Below are positions 14,501 to 25,724 of a stretch of 64,000 nt of DNA, one piece after another. The position numbers were made by a program, and so were the translations under genes. Within the stretch, counting starts at the first letter, position 1. Each line of letters opens with the position of its first letter. The notes below the pieces were generated by a model, which saw only the letters and a list, made by a program, of their open reading frames with translations, was not told the DNA's origin and did no database searches. Source of the DNA: Phyllosticta citribraziliensis (taxonomy: Eukaryota); the NCBI RefSeq assembly GCF_038025025.1, contig NW_027117341.1, positions 248,001 through 312,000 on the forward strand. Direction: 5' to 3'.

Positions 14501-17500
14501 TCCAAAGAGCTCGCAAGGGCTATCGAGGGTTTCAAAGGTGCAAAGTAATCCCTGCCTTCTGTCAGAGACATTGGAGTTGCGTATGGACTGGTCAATCTTC
14601 GCTCTGGTATCGATGGTCTTGTCATGTTGCTGTCCCCGCTCAGATTTCTCCGATGGTTCCCTGAGTTGGGTCTTTGAGCTGCTTCAATGCTCTGTTTGAG
14701 GGAACTCTTTGATGCCATTCGCCGCAGATTTTCCATTCCCGACTGAGGTTTAGCGAACGATCCTTGCCGAATGGATGCTGTTGAAATTGACAACTTGGAA
14801 GGCCCACTGCGAGTAGACGACTCGGTCGAGATACTGCCATGTCGAATAGTGGAGCTGCCGTTCAGGGGTGCTGGCGGAAACGGGGATGGCATTGCTGGAG
14901 GATCGACTCTCAGGGCTGGATTCGGCCGCTCAAAGCTCTCCATGTCATCGAGGAGCAGCCATTGAGCCCTGTGGGTTCTCAGGTCGCTCTCTTTCACGTG
15001 TGCCTGCTGGGCTCGGCGATCATCTGTGAAGTGGAGTTTTCGCTTGAGCATGCTCATTCGGATGTCAGTCTGCAAGTAAGCTTGCGGCTCCACTTTGGCT
15101 GTCCCGCTGCGATTTCGTTGACGGGAAGATGTCCTGGAATCAACACATGCAATGACCAAGTTGGGAATGAGGACATTCAGCCTCTGAGAAAAGGTCGAGC
15201 GCGCCCAGTCGTTGAAGTCCACGCTGATGGGATCTGCGCGGATGAGGAAGGCTTCCTGGGCAACGTGCAACCACACACTGACGGCATTGGTCTTGACCCT
15301 GAAGAAGTTGACGTCGTGGATGATGGCGGAATTGACCAACGGAAGGGCGTTCTCGTCGTCGTCTAGACAGAATGCGAAACAGCGTCCAAAGCCCGCGAAC
15401 TTATCAAACAGCATCGCAGAGCATTCGCCGGTGACAGATCCGATGTTGAATTCCCATCCACAAAGATAGCTCGGCTCCGCCGGGGGCAAGCCAAAGGTGT
15501 GGTGCCCATGAAGTTTGATCATGCTCACGTAAAGCTGCGTCTGGCTGTTGTCCACACCAGTACCCTCTTTTTCGTTTGTAACTCCCAATGACGCGCTCAG
15601 AGGGCTGAAGTCCATGGCGAGATCCATGTAGTAGTTGGTAACACGAAGATCCTGATGAAAGAATGGTACGTCCACACGAATGTGATCTTCCGCGGTGTAC
15701 AAGTTTGCCGGAAGCAGGACACTCGAATCATTTGCCTCGATTGACAAAATCACATCGAGATCGTTCGACTTGCTTGCAGCTTGTTCAGCAGAATTGACGG
15801 GAGGGGCTTCCGCGCCATTGCTCTGAGGCAGTTCTCGAAATTCCTCGAGGGTCTTGAAGTGCATGTCTTCGCCAAAGTAGTTATCTTTGAACGTCATGAA
15901 ATGTTTTATCAGGAACCCGTACATAGTGAGCACGAGAGAAGAACCGCGGACATCCAGATGAAGTCTGTCGGTCAGCCCAAGAGCCGTCTCGGAAAAGTAA
16001 TCGTAGCTTCCTAGGACGGTGAGTTCCTTGAGATCAGCCAAATGCTTGTCCTTGAGAAAGGAGGCAGCGGTGTTTCCGGGGGGCAGCGAGAGGTCAAGGC
16101 TGATTTCATCTCCTCGAGCGTCGAAGGTGATGCAGTTCTCTATCGGCTGAAATTTCTCCAGTGGAATGCCCAAATGAACTCCAAGATTCTTCCCATGGAA
16201 CAAAATGAAGTGATTGTCTTCCAGGTCGGCGGGGTTATTGATGATGTTTGAATCGTTCGTGTTCAAATACAGCCTGAGGTTCTGAAAGTCCAAGTTCAAG
16301 AAATACTTGAAGGGCGTAAAGGTGTAGTACTCGGACGGAGTTCCAGAACCCCAATCGTTGATCAGGTCTGTAATCAGGAACATGTGATCTCGCAGAAGAA
16401 ATAGGTCCATGTCGTTGAACCTCATGTTGAAGCCCCACTGACGCAAAGCGTTCCATTTTAGCGGGTTGGACAAGTTGCAATCCATCTCAACCGCGCCAGA
16501 TTTCCAAAGAAGGTCGTGATTCACACTCGAGAAGCTTTCTGTGCCACGCAAATCGACATCCAGACTATTAGTGAAGCCTTGCGGACCGGCAACCATGTCC
16601 ATGATGTAGTTCACAGTTGAGTTGGCCTCGACGACAATGTCGAGCCAGCCAAACGGCCGCACGTTTTGGGCCGTCGAACCGGCGTCGCGGTTTGCAGCCC
16701 TCGAGTATTTTTTTCGACTCTTGGTACGGCCGTTGGCACTGGAAGCATTTCTGCTGTTCCCGGCGACTGTGTGCGCACGTCCTTTCCATTTCCAGTCCTT
16801 TGATTGTTCTCGAAGCGGGATGCGCAGAACACATTGCTCTTCCAAGCTGACAAAAATCTTGAAAACGGTAGCCACGCGAGTATCACCTGGAGCGAGAGGC
16901 TTTGCAGGCATCGAGTCTGTAAACAGCGCTGGGAAAAAATAATTTTGCAGGATGACGCGATGCCGGTCAGCCCAGGGACCGTAGTGCAACATGGCTTCGT
17001 AGACGTGCAAATCAAGGCCGTATTCTGGTGGAAGACTGCCATTGATATCTAAGGTATTGAAGCTGGCCTGACGTTCAAAATCGGTGGAAAGCTTTGGCAC
17101 AACTCCCGGCACATCCCAGTAGAGACTCATGCTGAGACGGCTGCAGTCTGCAATCAAAGAGAATTTTGCATATTCAACACCGTCCCATTCATCATGCTCG
17201 TTGTGATTATCATCATCCAGGTATCTCGTTAATCCTTGCCAACGACCCTGACCCAGGAATGGAGGCTGAGCGGTCGGTGCCCTGTTTTTTGTAGGCTTCC
17301 GAGAGTTTGCGAGGGAATCCTGTGATGAGTTGAAATGATAGAATAGATTCTGGACGGGAGTAAAGGCTCGTCTCCAAAGCGAGGTTCGTCTCTCCTTCTT
17401 CGAAATGCCTGGTATGGCGTCGTCCTGGCCATGGCGCTTCAAACGGGCCGCCGTGGCCAGTTGAGGGTTCTTGTAGTCGGGGTTCGGCTTCATGTGGACC

Positions 17501-18474
17501 GTGGGTTTGTCAAAGTCAAGATTGAAGACTTGCTTGTACAAGTCCAGGGGTCCAGCATGTGCAGCCGTAATCTCTCCACTTGCCTTGTCACATTTTGCTA
17601 CCAGCACAGAGGGGGTGCTCTCATTCCCCATCACAACCGCAGCCTTGTTGCAATCGATCCGAACGGGTAGCAGACGAAGAAACGAAGGAATCTCAGGAGG
17701 CTTTTTGGCCTCTCCTGCCTCTGAAGGCGACTTTGGTAGCTCACCATGGGCTGTGCCAACGCGCGATGTAGACTTTTGCTTGCTGCTGTTGGTATTGCGG
17801 CGATGCAGCACAGACTGGACCTTGTCCGAAAATGTAGTAGGCGCGTAGGTGCTTTGTTGGGAAACGGGCACGTCGCGACCAGGAGACGGGGTCGATTTGG
17901 CCGTACCGGTGGCACGGGTGAAGTTTTCGACGATGGAGTCGTAGGCAGGGGTGCGATTGTACAAAAAGGCCTCGACGCCGGAAACTTTGATCGAGATGCG
18001 GCACGGCAATTCCTTGATTTTCTGCTTCCCACCTTCTTCTGCCTTGGCTTCGCTGTGGCTTCGCTCTCGCGACGCGCTATCGTCGGTGCTCGATGTGTGC
18101 AGCTGTCCGGGCTTTGGGGTGACGCGGCCGCGGTCAAAAATCTCCGTCTGTTTGACCCTGCCGTACCAAAAGCGCCACGTCAGGTATCCGCCGTGGATGA
18201 GGATGGTCTGGTTGTGGCCATGATAGCGAATGTCCTTCCAGAACAGGCGGCCTCCAAGCAAAGATATTTGTAGCGACTCGATGTCGATGTATGCGCGGTA
18301 CGTGTGCCATGTGTAGGCTCTAATGCCGTACGAGACGAGGGTCGCAAACAGGCGGTTGAAGTAGAAGAGGAAGAAGACGGTGAGGATGCCGCACACGAGA
18401 CATTCAACGAGGAACTGCCAGAGAAGACCGCGGTGGGCGCCCAGCGGCTGCGAAGTGAGCTCGTTGTTCGCCAT
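8569..18474 (-). CDS. CSF1: Csf1 bridge-like lipid transfer protein (BLTP1/Tweek family), 3301 aa, single exon
   Basis: N-terminal TM helix followed by FFLFYFNRLFA...SLQISLLGGR; YGPWADRHR motif; C-terminal GKVDVGWNYSRI and ETPQLRDMGEATPPLEWIGL motifs typical of Csf1. Confidence 0.95.
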   Translation of the reverse strand: MANNELTSQPLGAHRGLLWQFLVECLVCGILTVFFLFYFNRLFATLVSYGIRAYTWHTYRAYIDIESLQISLLGGRLFWKDIRYHGHNQTILIHGGYLTWRFWYGRVKQTEIFDRGRVTPKPGQLHTSSTDDSASRERSHSEAKAEEGGKQKIKELPCRISIKVSGVEAFLYNRTPAYDSIVENFTRATGTAKSTPSPGRDVPVSQQSTYAPTTFSDKVQSVLHRRNTNSSKQKSTSRVGTAHGELPKSPSEAGEAKKPPEIPSFLRLLPVRIDCNKAAVVMGNESTPSVLVAKCDKASGEITAAHAGPLDLYKQVFNLDFDKPTVHMKPNPDYKNPQLATAARLKRHGQDDAIPGISKKERRTSLWRRAFTPVQNLFYHFNSSQDSLANSRKPTKNRAPTAQPPFLGQGRWQGLTRYLDDDNHNEHDEWDGVEYAKFSLIADCSRLSMSLYWDVPGVVPKLSTDFERQASFNTLDINGSLPPEYGLDLHVYEAMLHYGPWADRHRVILQNYFFPALFTDSMPAKPLAPGDTRVATVFKIFVSLEEQCVLRIPLREQSKDWKWKGRAHTVAGNSRNASSANGRTKSRKKYSRAANRDAGSTAQNVRPFGWLDIVVEANSTVNYIMDMVAGPQGFTNSLDVDLRGTESFSSVNHDLLWKSGAVEMDCNLSNPLKWNALRQWGFNMRFNDMDLFLLRDHMFLITDLINDWGSGTPSEYYTFTPFKYFLNLDFQNLRLYLNTNDSNIINNPADLEDNHFILFHGKNLGVHLGIPLEKFQPIENCITFDARGDEISLDLSLPPGNTAASFLKDKHLADLKELTVLGSYDYFSETALGLTDRLHLDVRGSSLVLTMYGFLIKHFMTFKDNYFGEDMHFKTLEEFRELPQSNGAEAPPVNSAEQAASKSNDLDVILSIEANDSSVLLPANLYTAEDHIRVDVPFFHQDLRVTNYYMDLAMDFSPLSASLGVTNEKEGTGVDNSQTQLYVSMIKLHGHHTFGLPPAEPSYLCGWEFNIGSVTGECSAMLFDKFAGFGRCFAFCLDDDENALPLVNSAIIHDVNFFRVKTNAVSVWLHVAQEAFLIRADPISVDFNDWARSTFSQRLNVLIPNLVIACVDSRTSSRQRNRSGTAKVEPQAYLQTDIRMSMLKRKLHFTDDRRAQQAHVKESDLRTHRAQWLLLDDMESFERPNPALRVDPPAMPSPFPPAPLNGSSTIRHGSISTESSTRSGPSKLSISTASIRQGSFAKPQSGMENLRRMASKSSLKQSIEAAQRPNSGNHRRNLSGDSNMTRPSIPERRLTSPYATPMSLTEGRDYFAPLKPSIALASSLETPYFPLHGVDFDTSEVPEFPQRPPHWGTHSKNAVVFNDVSNKTYDENFSHTSFLVSFEPGIRALITPNAVSTVVNLIDVLQPRHPRDILDDFQMTIMGKIMDLQKLIDGKGSSTECNLRLPSFQLRFVSNIPPLNGEKMHTGKDQYDLVLDHLAVSVRDKKWPKQEDDKSTLSLHTTLKSVSVSAREKHTGRTGNDVAVSAELTELLVWLVAGRSASVNVRFKDMDIATSSKHVQYLASLIHRTALLADEIGTKFAELVAKSQRRLRYLAYALTLAGKDIPDPAFITRPSYAIRAANSHLRNHDSWKIISRLHYIYDSLSSEVRQDIIDRCMRGHSMCPPDAENCVIEAWDQWRTWDLAHVRKSLAMRELYGSTPDFSDAQEKKPMRIDASFRTGAIRLIVDPGPEQSDVLFQLLSIDVALSPPAPPTGLMLHEAQRSSVVEVSTKNVAIKISWEICALVENVLRLFQSNAPQARRADKNDALDISPHFEDTPVAHKFQVVFATDTGSITIDTINLRYQSTINGMKISVVGTDKTAMKEGVSVSALVHSNAGGSELRSRGRLLMRIQVVSPSIFVSHDDADWRQTTPEGWLIIGKSGELSIKVVEDVLEILEVANSVICDEVAYFAGQVESFKTTKVESPRTPEKKDTAILPNITVALLMDSYRIEIALLQSLSYVISGKIGRVSIAPLFDKDPTLTVNFDVDRQSHCLHNHKKRQSQIVAAFTLPLQNGTLTMVHSRTGLKIGFNCIMDTFIIEASAVHGLLLAINEPEVMNVLNTIKDDIEVLQTNAKEALPQSKPEKAPALEEKEDMPVAFDANFVMAGIGILARAPTKLPDSSNATIAFEMNRIQVKATNLGPDNQLLPLPEFSALLPHISLSCQLSDGDNIKDCGNLFFGLELRGTLQSGTWKIPKRNYRVRSTGLEVNIFADTASAAVEVMNHLQERIKGLDLSRERRYLRKLRQPRRRPSHKTLGDGNDTEEVDQMAASGLFTTAASLELSDIQISWIVGSSVSAYPGRERNDLVLSFKRIELATRSEETARLSIEDMQLQMVPTNQSKSIRSANSALLPEVVFNVSYISSSTERRFAFNAAGKSLDLRLDSKFILPASILEESISLAGQKVHAATESWHTAAANITSTDGQGESQSAKKLIGNKRLSSLLVDADFAGAVVTLQGQAPVTSAAPRITGAGAGRSGRYGQFSNEGSNTSTTLRAPGVTLKVEYRDDSTDPSLNAELKVDASTNMLHPSVVPLIMDISNSVKEVVQHKDDNVPKRPRKPTEPKHPQKFLEEENLITADPSAILGKTRLNLGLRICKQEFSLSCQPIARVAATARFEDIYLTINSIKSTEQGHFFAVSATFDHLQASVQHVYSRESTFSFDVNRVVLSVMNSKHLSGTSGISAILKIDPMRTHINARQLQDFLLFREIWIPPEVRRASKPASPAPNEGPQEYLVQRYEQVTAAAAFPWNATVSIEELAVDLDLGQAIGKPSFKIVNLWASSKKTSDWEENLCIGMERISIDSIGRTSGFVELLDSKVRTSISWPSRGEGVRRSPHIQASLGFERLSLKTSFDYQPFAVADVTTFNFLMYNVRGPHIGARDRLVVMLEGDKVQAFITTTSAAQAIALSQAFDRLISENQTAYKQSIKDIERFLRRTSSSPSTPPEGSDSETPPKQDKDQEAKTPISLHTDVVVTLSSISFGAFPSTFSDHQILLLTASDVQARFAVGLEDFKVHSGLGMTLGELSVALASINHKGPQAVSDLTVEDVVANARAARGGTILRVPKVIAAMQTWQASGSNHIDYIFKSSFEGKVDVGWNYSRISFIRNMWNTHSRALATRLGKPLPESAVKITGGGLSDPAKSPTDPNAPQMPSPLAVSSGANDSPTKAPGGPEDSTPASPSSADSNKITAVVNVPQSRYEYTALETPVIETPQLRDMGEATPPLEWIGLHRDRLPNVTHQIVIVTLLEIVKEVEDAYARILGST

Positions 18475-18943
18475 GGCGGAACGGGCTATTCCTGTGACGG
18501 GGCGGCGGCGTCGGAGGTCCTGCGATCATTGTGGGTACCAGCGACGGGGCCTAGCATCGGGCCAGGGCAGGTTGAGCGCCGTCAACATGAAGGTCGTGAT
18601 GTTCTGCGGCGGAGGTGCTTGGCGGGAGCAAGGAGGGATGGATGTTCGGGAGCGGTCAGCAGGAGGGAACGCTGGCAGGCAGTGAACTGGACTGGACGTG
18701 GACCGTGATGACGACGCCCGTGCTCCGCGTCCGCCGGGGAGGGATCAACACAACGCCTGCATTCTCTCCGCTCGTTTGCACCTCCAACTCCACCCGTTCT
18801 CGCTTTTTTCCCTCGTTCTCCTCTGGCTAGCTCTGTCGCCCGCAGAGCTCGCTATTCCGCGAGACTTTCCTGGGCCACAGCGTCGCGGTCCGCGGCAGCT
18901 TCGTTTTCGAGCTCCCCGCCTCAACGAAACCGGGGTCCACACC

Positions 18944-21338
18944 ATGGGGGAGCAGTCCAACGCCGGTGGCACGGGCGGCAGACTGGGCGACGTCGTGGTT
19001 ATAGTCGCTGGCGTGGCCGGTCTCGTTGCTACCGTCTTGACCGTCGTGTAAGAGCTTGCTTCTTTGTCCTCGGTTCTTCTGCTAATCTCAAGCTTTCCAG
19101 GTCCATATGGCTGCAGTCGTAAGATATCCCAACAGCACGCGACCACTCAAACGGCGGTCAGGATGCTGACCCGAGCGCAGAAAAAACTACCGAAAACCGT
19201 TGCTGCAGAGATATGTAGTGCGCATACTCTTAATGTGCGTCGGTACAATCAGGACGTCCGAGTGCCATTGCTAAATCAACCATAGGGTCCCAATCTATTC
19301 TGCTGCCTCATGGGCCAGTCTGGTGTCTCTCAAGGCCGCTTTCTGGATAGATCCCTTCCGAGACGTCTACGAGGTTGGCCACTCACGCGTCGACGTCGAA
19401 TCGGATGCTGATGCAAGTCTAGGCATTCACCATCTACACCTTCTTCCAGCTCCTCATCAACTTCATCGGTGGCGAGCGGGCCCTGATTATCCTCATGACA
19501 GGCCGCGCTCCTGTGCCCCATCTCTGGCCGCTGAACTACATTCTGCCCAGGGTTGACATCTCGGATCCGCATACCTTTCTCGCCATCAAGCGTGGGATTC
19601 TGCAGTACACATGGCTGAAGCCTATTCTGGCCATTGCAACAATCATAATGAAAGCCACGGACACATACCAGGAAGGCTATATTGGAATCACGTCCGGTTA
19701 CTTTTGGAGTGGCTTGATTTATAACATCAGCATTACTGTGAGTTTGTACGCCTTGGCCATGTTCTGGGTGTGCATGTCACAAGACCTCAAGCCTTTCCGA
19801 CCCATGCCCAAATTTCTGTGTATCAAGGGAATCATCTTTGCGTCCTACTGGCAAGGCTTCTTCCTTTCCATCTTGGTCTGGTTGGGCGCCATTCCAGATG
19901 ATGTGCCTGGTTATACTCCCGACAACCTCGCTGCCTCGATTCAAGATGCCCTCATCTGCTTCGAAATGCCTGCATTTGCGATTGCTCACTGGTATGCATT
20001 CTCGTGGCACGATTATGCCGACGTCACCATTTCTGCTGCGCGCATGCCTGTCAAGTACGCCCTGCGAGATGCGTTTGGCCCTATGGATCTCATCCAGGAT
20101 ACAAAGGATACATTTGCTGGCAAAAAGTACGAGTACCGATACTTTGATGCGCACGACAATGTCCTTGCCCATGAAGACTCCCACTCCCGTGCGGCTCGAA
20201 TGATGCAGGGCATGCGCTATGAGAGGGGTGGCAAAGGCAAGTATTGGATACCCAGGCCAAAATCGGAGCGCACGCCTCTACTCGGCGGCTTTGTTTCCTC
20301 TAGCAGAGCAAGAGCAATGAGTCCAGGAGCGCATCGAGCACTTGACGCAGCCAAATATGGCTCGGCAGAGGATGACATGGAAGACCCTCAGCTGAGCCCC
20401 GAAGACGAGCAACTCTTTACCAACGCCAGGGCTCTCGAGTTTGGCGACTGGAATGTGAGTGGTGATCACATTGTCGTTTGGAAAGACTGCTGACCGCGCC
20501 ACAGTATCCGGTCATCACCGCACACTATGCATCACGTGAAGACCGCCTCTACAGAGAACCCGTCATGATTACTGCGTCGACCAACAGAAATCTGATCCAG
20601 CCCACCCGCGAGAATCGGAAGCGTCGCAGGAGCCAACTCCAGCATCTCCAGCAGTCCGTCGACAAGGGCAAGCACCGCGGTAGTACCAGCAGCCACGGCA
20701 GCGAGCCTCCAAGCGCAAAGTCTCACAAATCCATGGCCAGCCCACTGCTCCGCCGCGACACCACGTCTTCCTCTGGATCGTCCAAATCAGACCGCAGCCA
20801 GCTTGTCGACCTGGTCGTGGAGGATCACGAGGCTGAGGAGGTTGAGCGCGTGCGAGCCCGCAAGGAAGGCGGGCCGGGCTGGAATCAGGCGGAGCCAAAG
20901 CATTTTGTGTAAGTTGTTGCCCATGGCTTGCCCGCCGCTCCTTTGCATCCAGAAGGAGTCGCGTCATTCCTGCTCGTCGATCCTCTGGCTAACAGGAATC
21001 CTAGGCGGACTTACCCGCCCGCTGGTCCCACCGAGGAAGTGCGCGAGGGCTTCGACCCAGACCATCCCGAGCCCGACCAGCCCGAGCACGAACACAATCT
21101 CGACGCTCCTTTCACCGTGGGCGAAGACGACCCGCAACCCCCCACCCCGACGCAGGATGAGCGTCCCATCGTCTCTGAAGACGCCAGACATTGGCAGCGC
21201 AGAGAGTATGGCGGCAGCGGGGATGAGGATGAAGGCAGCGATGCTGGCAAAGGTGACAGCGTCATGGGAGCTGAGAACGGCGCCATCAAATATGGCAGCT
21301 TCAGGGAGGAGAGGAGCGTGTGGGAGCGGGAGGATTAA
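18944..21338 (+). CDS. HFL1: TMEM184/OST-alpha (DUF300) vacuolar membrane protein, Hfl1-like, multi-exon
   Basis: Spliced model from ATG 18944 gives NYRKPLLQRYVVRIL, RDVYEAFTIYTF, KRGILQYTWLKP, PKFLCIKGIIFASYWQG. Late introns at 20455-20504 and 20909-21004; stop at 21338. Confidence 0.9.
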
Positions 21339-22643
21339 TCACCACAGCACGGCGAGACATGAAGGCGGCACTTGAGATTGACGAACAATAGAGGCTGGAG
21401 CGGCGCTGGATCGGTTCTTATTTCCTTTCCCTTTCCTATTTCCCCCTCTCTCCCCACTGCGCGCTGGTGGAGGGTCCGGGGTCGGCGGCCGTCTCATCAT
21501 CTTTCTCTTTCCCTTCCTCTATTCCTCTATCTTCCCTTTGTTCTCTTTCATTGTTGTCGTTTTTCTTGTCTCCTTGCAAATCAGCTCGGGACGCATTTAG
21601 CGCAGGCGTTGGCGGAAGAGGCTTGCTTGGTTCAGGCTCTCTCTCTCTCACACACACACACACACGATATACATACACATCAGATCGATCAATCCATATA
21701 CATATGATCATATCCGGACGCCGCGAGCGACGTGGAGGGCAGATGGAGCGTGGTCAGTGCAGGGAAGTAAAGTCAAGTCATGAATGAGCAGTAGGAAACA
21801 TTCTCCGTCCTGATTTTTGCGGTTGCCCTGTAGACGCATTTCGCCTTTCGCCTTTCGCCTTTCGGCCAACGCAAGGTACTGCAACTGCTGCCATGTAAGA
21901 TTTCATTGAGCCTGATTGGGCATTCTGTCGGCGACTGGTGAATGCGCACTTTGGCGTTGTTGCGAACTGAATGTGATTATATATACTCGGTGTGCGCCGG
22001 CCACGGATGGAACTCCTTTTCGCGCCCGTCTGCGCGCTGCCAGGGAGACAGAACAGACTGACAGCTGGCACCGCCTTCCAAAACAGCGCTGGAGACAGGC
22101 GTCCCGCAGCCTACAACGCAGAAGCGAAAAGGTTCATGCGCTGCAACAGCGTGCCAATTGCCACGCGCGCTGAGTCGTCGCCGCTTCGCACGCGACTGTT
22201 GTGCGCGTCTCCAGCAGCCGTGGATACAACGGACAAACAGAATGAAAGAGAGCAGGCCGACGGCACCGGGGTCAAGCTGGCTGAGTGCATCTTGCCGTCT
22301 CTACTGACTGTGTCATTGCTGAACAGCGGCGCGCGCGCCGTCTGACTAAGTAGAACAAGCAGAGAGCCACCTGCAGCCAGCCAAGCTGTGCGCAGACTCG
22401 CTCGTTCAGATGAGGCTGTTTGGCGTAGGTTGTTTGGGCCGCCGGGATCTACCCTTCTGGCTGCTGCGGACAGGGGGGGCGGGCTTGTTGCGAGATGAAG
22501 GGAGGGGCGTGCGTGCGAGGATGGTGGGTTGGCATGGATGGGTTGTGATGGGGGTCTGGTGGGTGGGTGGAGTAGGGTAGAGTAGGGCTGGCGGACGAGG
22601 ACAGGGGTAGGGGTAGGGAGCAGTACATATGCATGCAGTGCTG

Positions 22644-22685
22644 TTGTTGTGCCATTGTTGTGCCATTGTTGTGCCATTGTTGTGC
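22644..22685. repeat. 11-bp tandem repeat (TTGTTGTGCCA) x~3.8
   Basis: Directly visible. Confidence 0.9.
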
Positions 22686-25600
22686 TTGTCAGTGGAATGA
22701 GTGAGTGGGCGAGTAGTTGGAGTTGTCGAAGCAGTCGGTGGTGGATATTGTGTTGGATGCAGGTGCGTGCGTGCTTGAGTGCCTTGCGCCCCTCATCTAC
22801 TTAGGCATTCGTGCAGCGAGGCGCGTGCCTGTGTCTTAGAGTATAAGCTACACCAAGACAGTCGTTCTAATTTCGCCGCGCTTGGTGATCGACTGAGTGG
22901 CTGTCGCCGCAAGTCTTGTTCGCACGGAACGAGAGAGAGCAGCGTAGTCGTTCCGGCTCATGGCACAGATGTTGAGAAGGCAGTCTTGTCGAGTTGAGCT
23001 CCGGGCGCCCCGTTTGTTGGAGGAAGTGGCTGTATCCGCGCCGCGCCGCCGTGCTCGTCTGCCAGATTCGCGATACAAAGCGGTGGACCGCGCAAGCTGC
23101 TGGGCTGGCGACTTTAGCCGCTGGGGTATCTGAGCGAGCGAGCAAGCGAGTGAGTGAGTGATTTAGGCGCAATACAAGCTTACAAGCCATTGCGCCGCGT
23201 CGCTTGGGTTAAGATATTTCTTCTTCGGCTGCACACGCGACCGGCGCGATGTACTTCACAAGTGACGAGCTGGTAAGCGCCAAGTGTTGTCGTTGTTGTG
23301 CACCCCCAGGACCAACTGACCCGGGCGCAAGAAACGTTTTTAGGTGGCCGGACTGGGCTGGGCTGGGCTGACATGGGAAAGTTGGGTTCGCCGGTTGTGT
23401 GCATAGGGCGAAGACGTTGGCGCTCGAACGGTGAGGCGAGGCTGTGATGGTGCTAGTGGGAACTGGTCCTTGGCGATGACACAGTTGACGCGAATGGGTG
23501 ATGCTGGAACGAGAAATGTGACTTAGAAGAGAGTTGGCTATTTGAAGTAGCGGACGCGCTAGCTCAGTTTTGCGCGCGAACTATACGGAGAAAGTCAGCA
23601 CTTCTACACGCCTTGCAAGTGATATGATGGTCGAACATGCCGTCAACATACCACGGGTTGGAAGAATCAGGGACCTATACAAGTCAAAACGTTGTTGGGT
23701 AGGGCTGCTGTCGTAGGATGAAGACAACTTGACATGCCACCACTCGAGCGACGTGCAAATACCCGTGTTGTTCTGCATTTTGGGACAGACTCTGCCGCCA
23801 GGCGGAACTGTGCCTGGAGGCCGTTTTCCATGATCGGTTCCTGGCCCGCCCGTATAGTTCGTCCCGCCTCAAGCCGATCGACCCTGAGCGGAGTTGACTT
23901 GTCTCGCCCTGCGATCTGCGACTAGAGGTCGCCGATGACGTCTTTACCCGCATACTGTTTTACACAGCCCTCTTCGATCCAGCAACTTGCGTCGACGAGA
24001 CCCTGTATTTTGAAAAGACCCTCGCCAGCTGTCGCCAACGCTTGGTCGTTGCTGACGACTACCCTCAGAACGTGATGATCGAGAATCGGACGCTGGCGGT
24101 GTTGGCTCTGAGCGGGACGCAGTGACTAGTCCAACTCAAACTCCTTCAAGCTTCGAGTTACCATCACAAAGGTAATTGTCCGTGCAAGACCGAGCGCGGC
24201 TGCTGGGTTGTGCTCCCATTCGCGGAGTCAGTGCGCGAATATCGAATCCTTGGACTTGATTTGCGCGAGACGTGAGCTTACTTTTTTGTTGACAATGCCA
24301 TTTCAAGCCTCGCCATGTCGAGGAATATGATTTGGCCGAAGGCATGACAGAATGTCTTCCGGATGGGATCGGGTTGCATGCGTCGATCCGGTGGTAGCAA
24401 TTTTCGCCCTATAGTTGTAATTTACCAAAGCTCGTGTGATCAACAATGGCATCAAATGGCACTATTTGGAAGTGCTTTGGCCGACTAGATGCTTCCAGAA
24501 GCGAAGACGAAAAAATCACCTTCGTTCGACACTTGAAATGACAGATGATGGAGAAGCGCATAGCATCATGAGTAGCGCCAAGGGCAGCATGAGAAGGGAG
24601 GTTGGGATGTTCGTTGGAGCTCTTCCTTGCGGCTGATGATCACCTATGACATGAATCGATCATCATGATGGAGCGACGAGGCCGGTTCTGGAATGGTGTG
24701 AAACCTTGGTGCCAGACTGCGACGGCGGCAGACGAAGATACGCGATCAAAACGTCAGAAAAACTTCGAGCTCGCTTCTGTAGCTGTGCGCTCTGAATAGC
24801 AGCCCAGCGGTTGGCCACGGCGAAAGCGTCATTGAGGATGGGGGTTTCATGAGCCCTCGGCAGCCTGGTTTCCCAACGTGGGCTGGGTGTGGGTCGTGAC
24901 TATTTTTTGCTCGAGGGCGGAGAGACTGGGATGCGCGAAGAGGCCAAGGGTGGTAATTTCTGCGCAGAGGGTCTCGAATTCGGGCGGTATATGAGCTGAC
25001 GCCCTACCGATGAGACGGAATTGATGAACGTAGATGGCGAAAAGGGACGACGGGCTTCCTGTTCCTGACGGCCGAGAGGACATGGCAATCAGCACGGCGA
25101 AATGATAGGGTAAAGGGGTACGGCTTGCTGACGACGGGCGTTCCCGCGCGCAGGAGAAGAGAGGTTGGTTTCTGATAGACGGCGAGGGCGCGAGGTTGAC
25201 GAGACTGAGACTGGGTGCATGCCTCAGGCGCTAAAGTCGACCAATGACGTGCCGCCAGCCCACGACGACGACCACAGCTCAGAGAAAAGACAGCGTCGAC
25301 AGCCCATCCACCGCAGCCACGTATCCATCTGCCTGCACTCTGGACGCTCACCACTCGCATCGAGCCCGGCGCCTGCCAATGGGCTGACTGACCAGCGGCT
25401 GGCCCGCCGCCGCCAATGGCTCCAGGAGTCGACATCAGCCTGCCGCGCTGTTTCGCATATCGAGTTGGCGCACCTCGAGTTTTGAAAAAGCCACGATGTC
25501 CCGGTCACGTACCTTACTCTCAGAAACCTAGTTTGCGACCGCTTCTCATACCATCTGCCGTACCCGGCTGGCCGGTTTTCTTCCTCCGTCTCTCCTTCAT

Positions 25601-25724
25601 CGTCACCCTCCATCCTTAGCGTTGACTACTATCTTTGACCGTTTCTTCACTGCCTTTGTATCACCACCACCACTCCTTCCTTTCTTGTCGCTCCTTTACT
25701 GTGATGCCCTCTCAATAATCGGCA

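Noticed and set aside
8396..18708. Many antisense and alternate-frame ORFs over CSF1 (similarly over VPS52, SulP, RRN7 and the aldolase)
   Set aside because: Shadow ORFs expected from GC-rich codon usage.
22644..22685. Short tandem repeats (also 51255-51294) as CRISPR-like arrays
   Set aside because: No spacers and a eukaryotic context; these are ordinary minisatellites.
22700..25600. Possible gene or transposon relic between HFL1 and the CRIB-like gene
   Set aside because: Only short ORFs; no transposase or RT motifs, terminal repeats or RIP-like AT richness seen.
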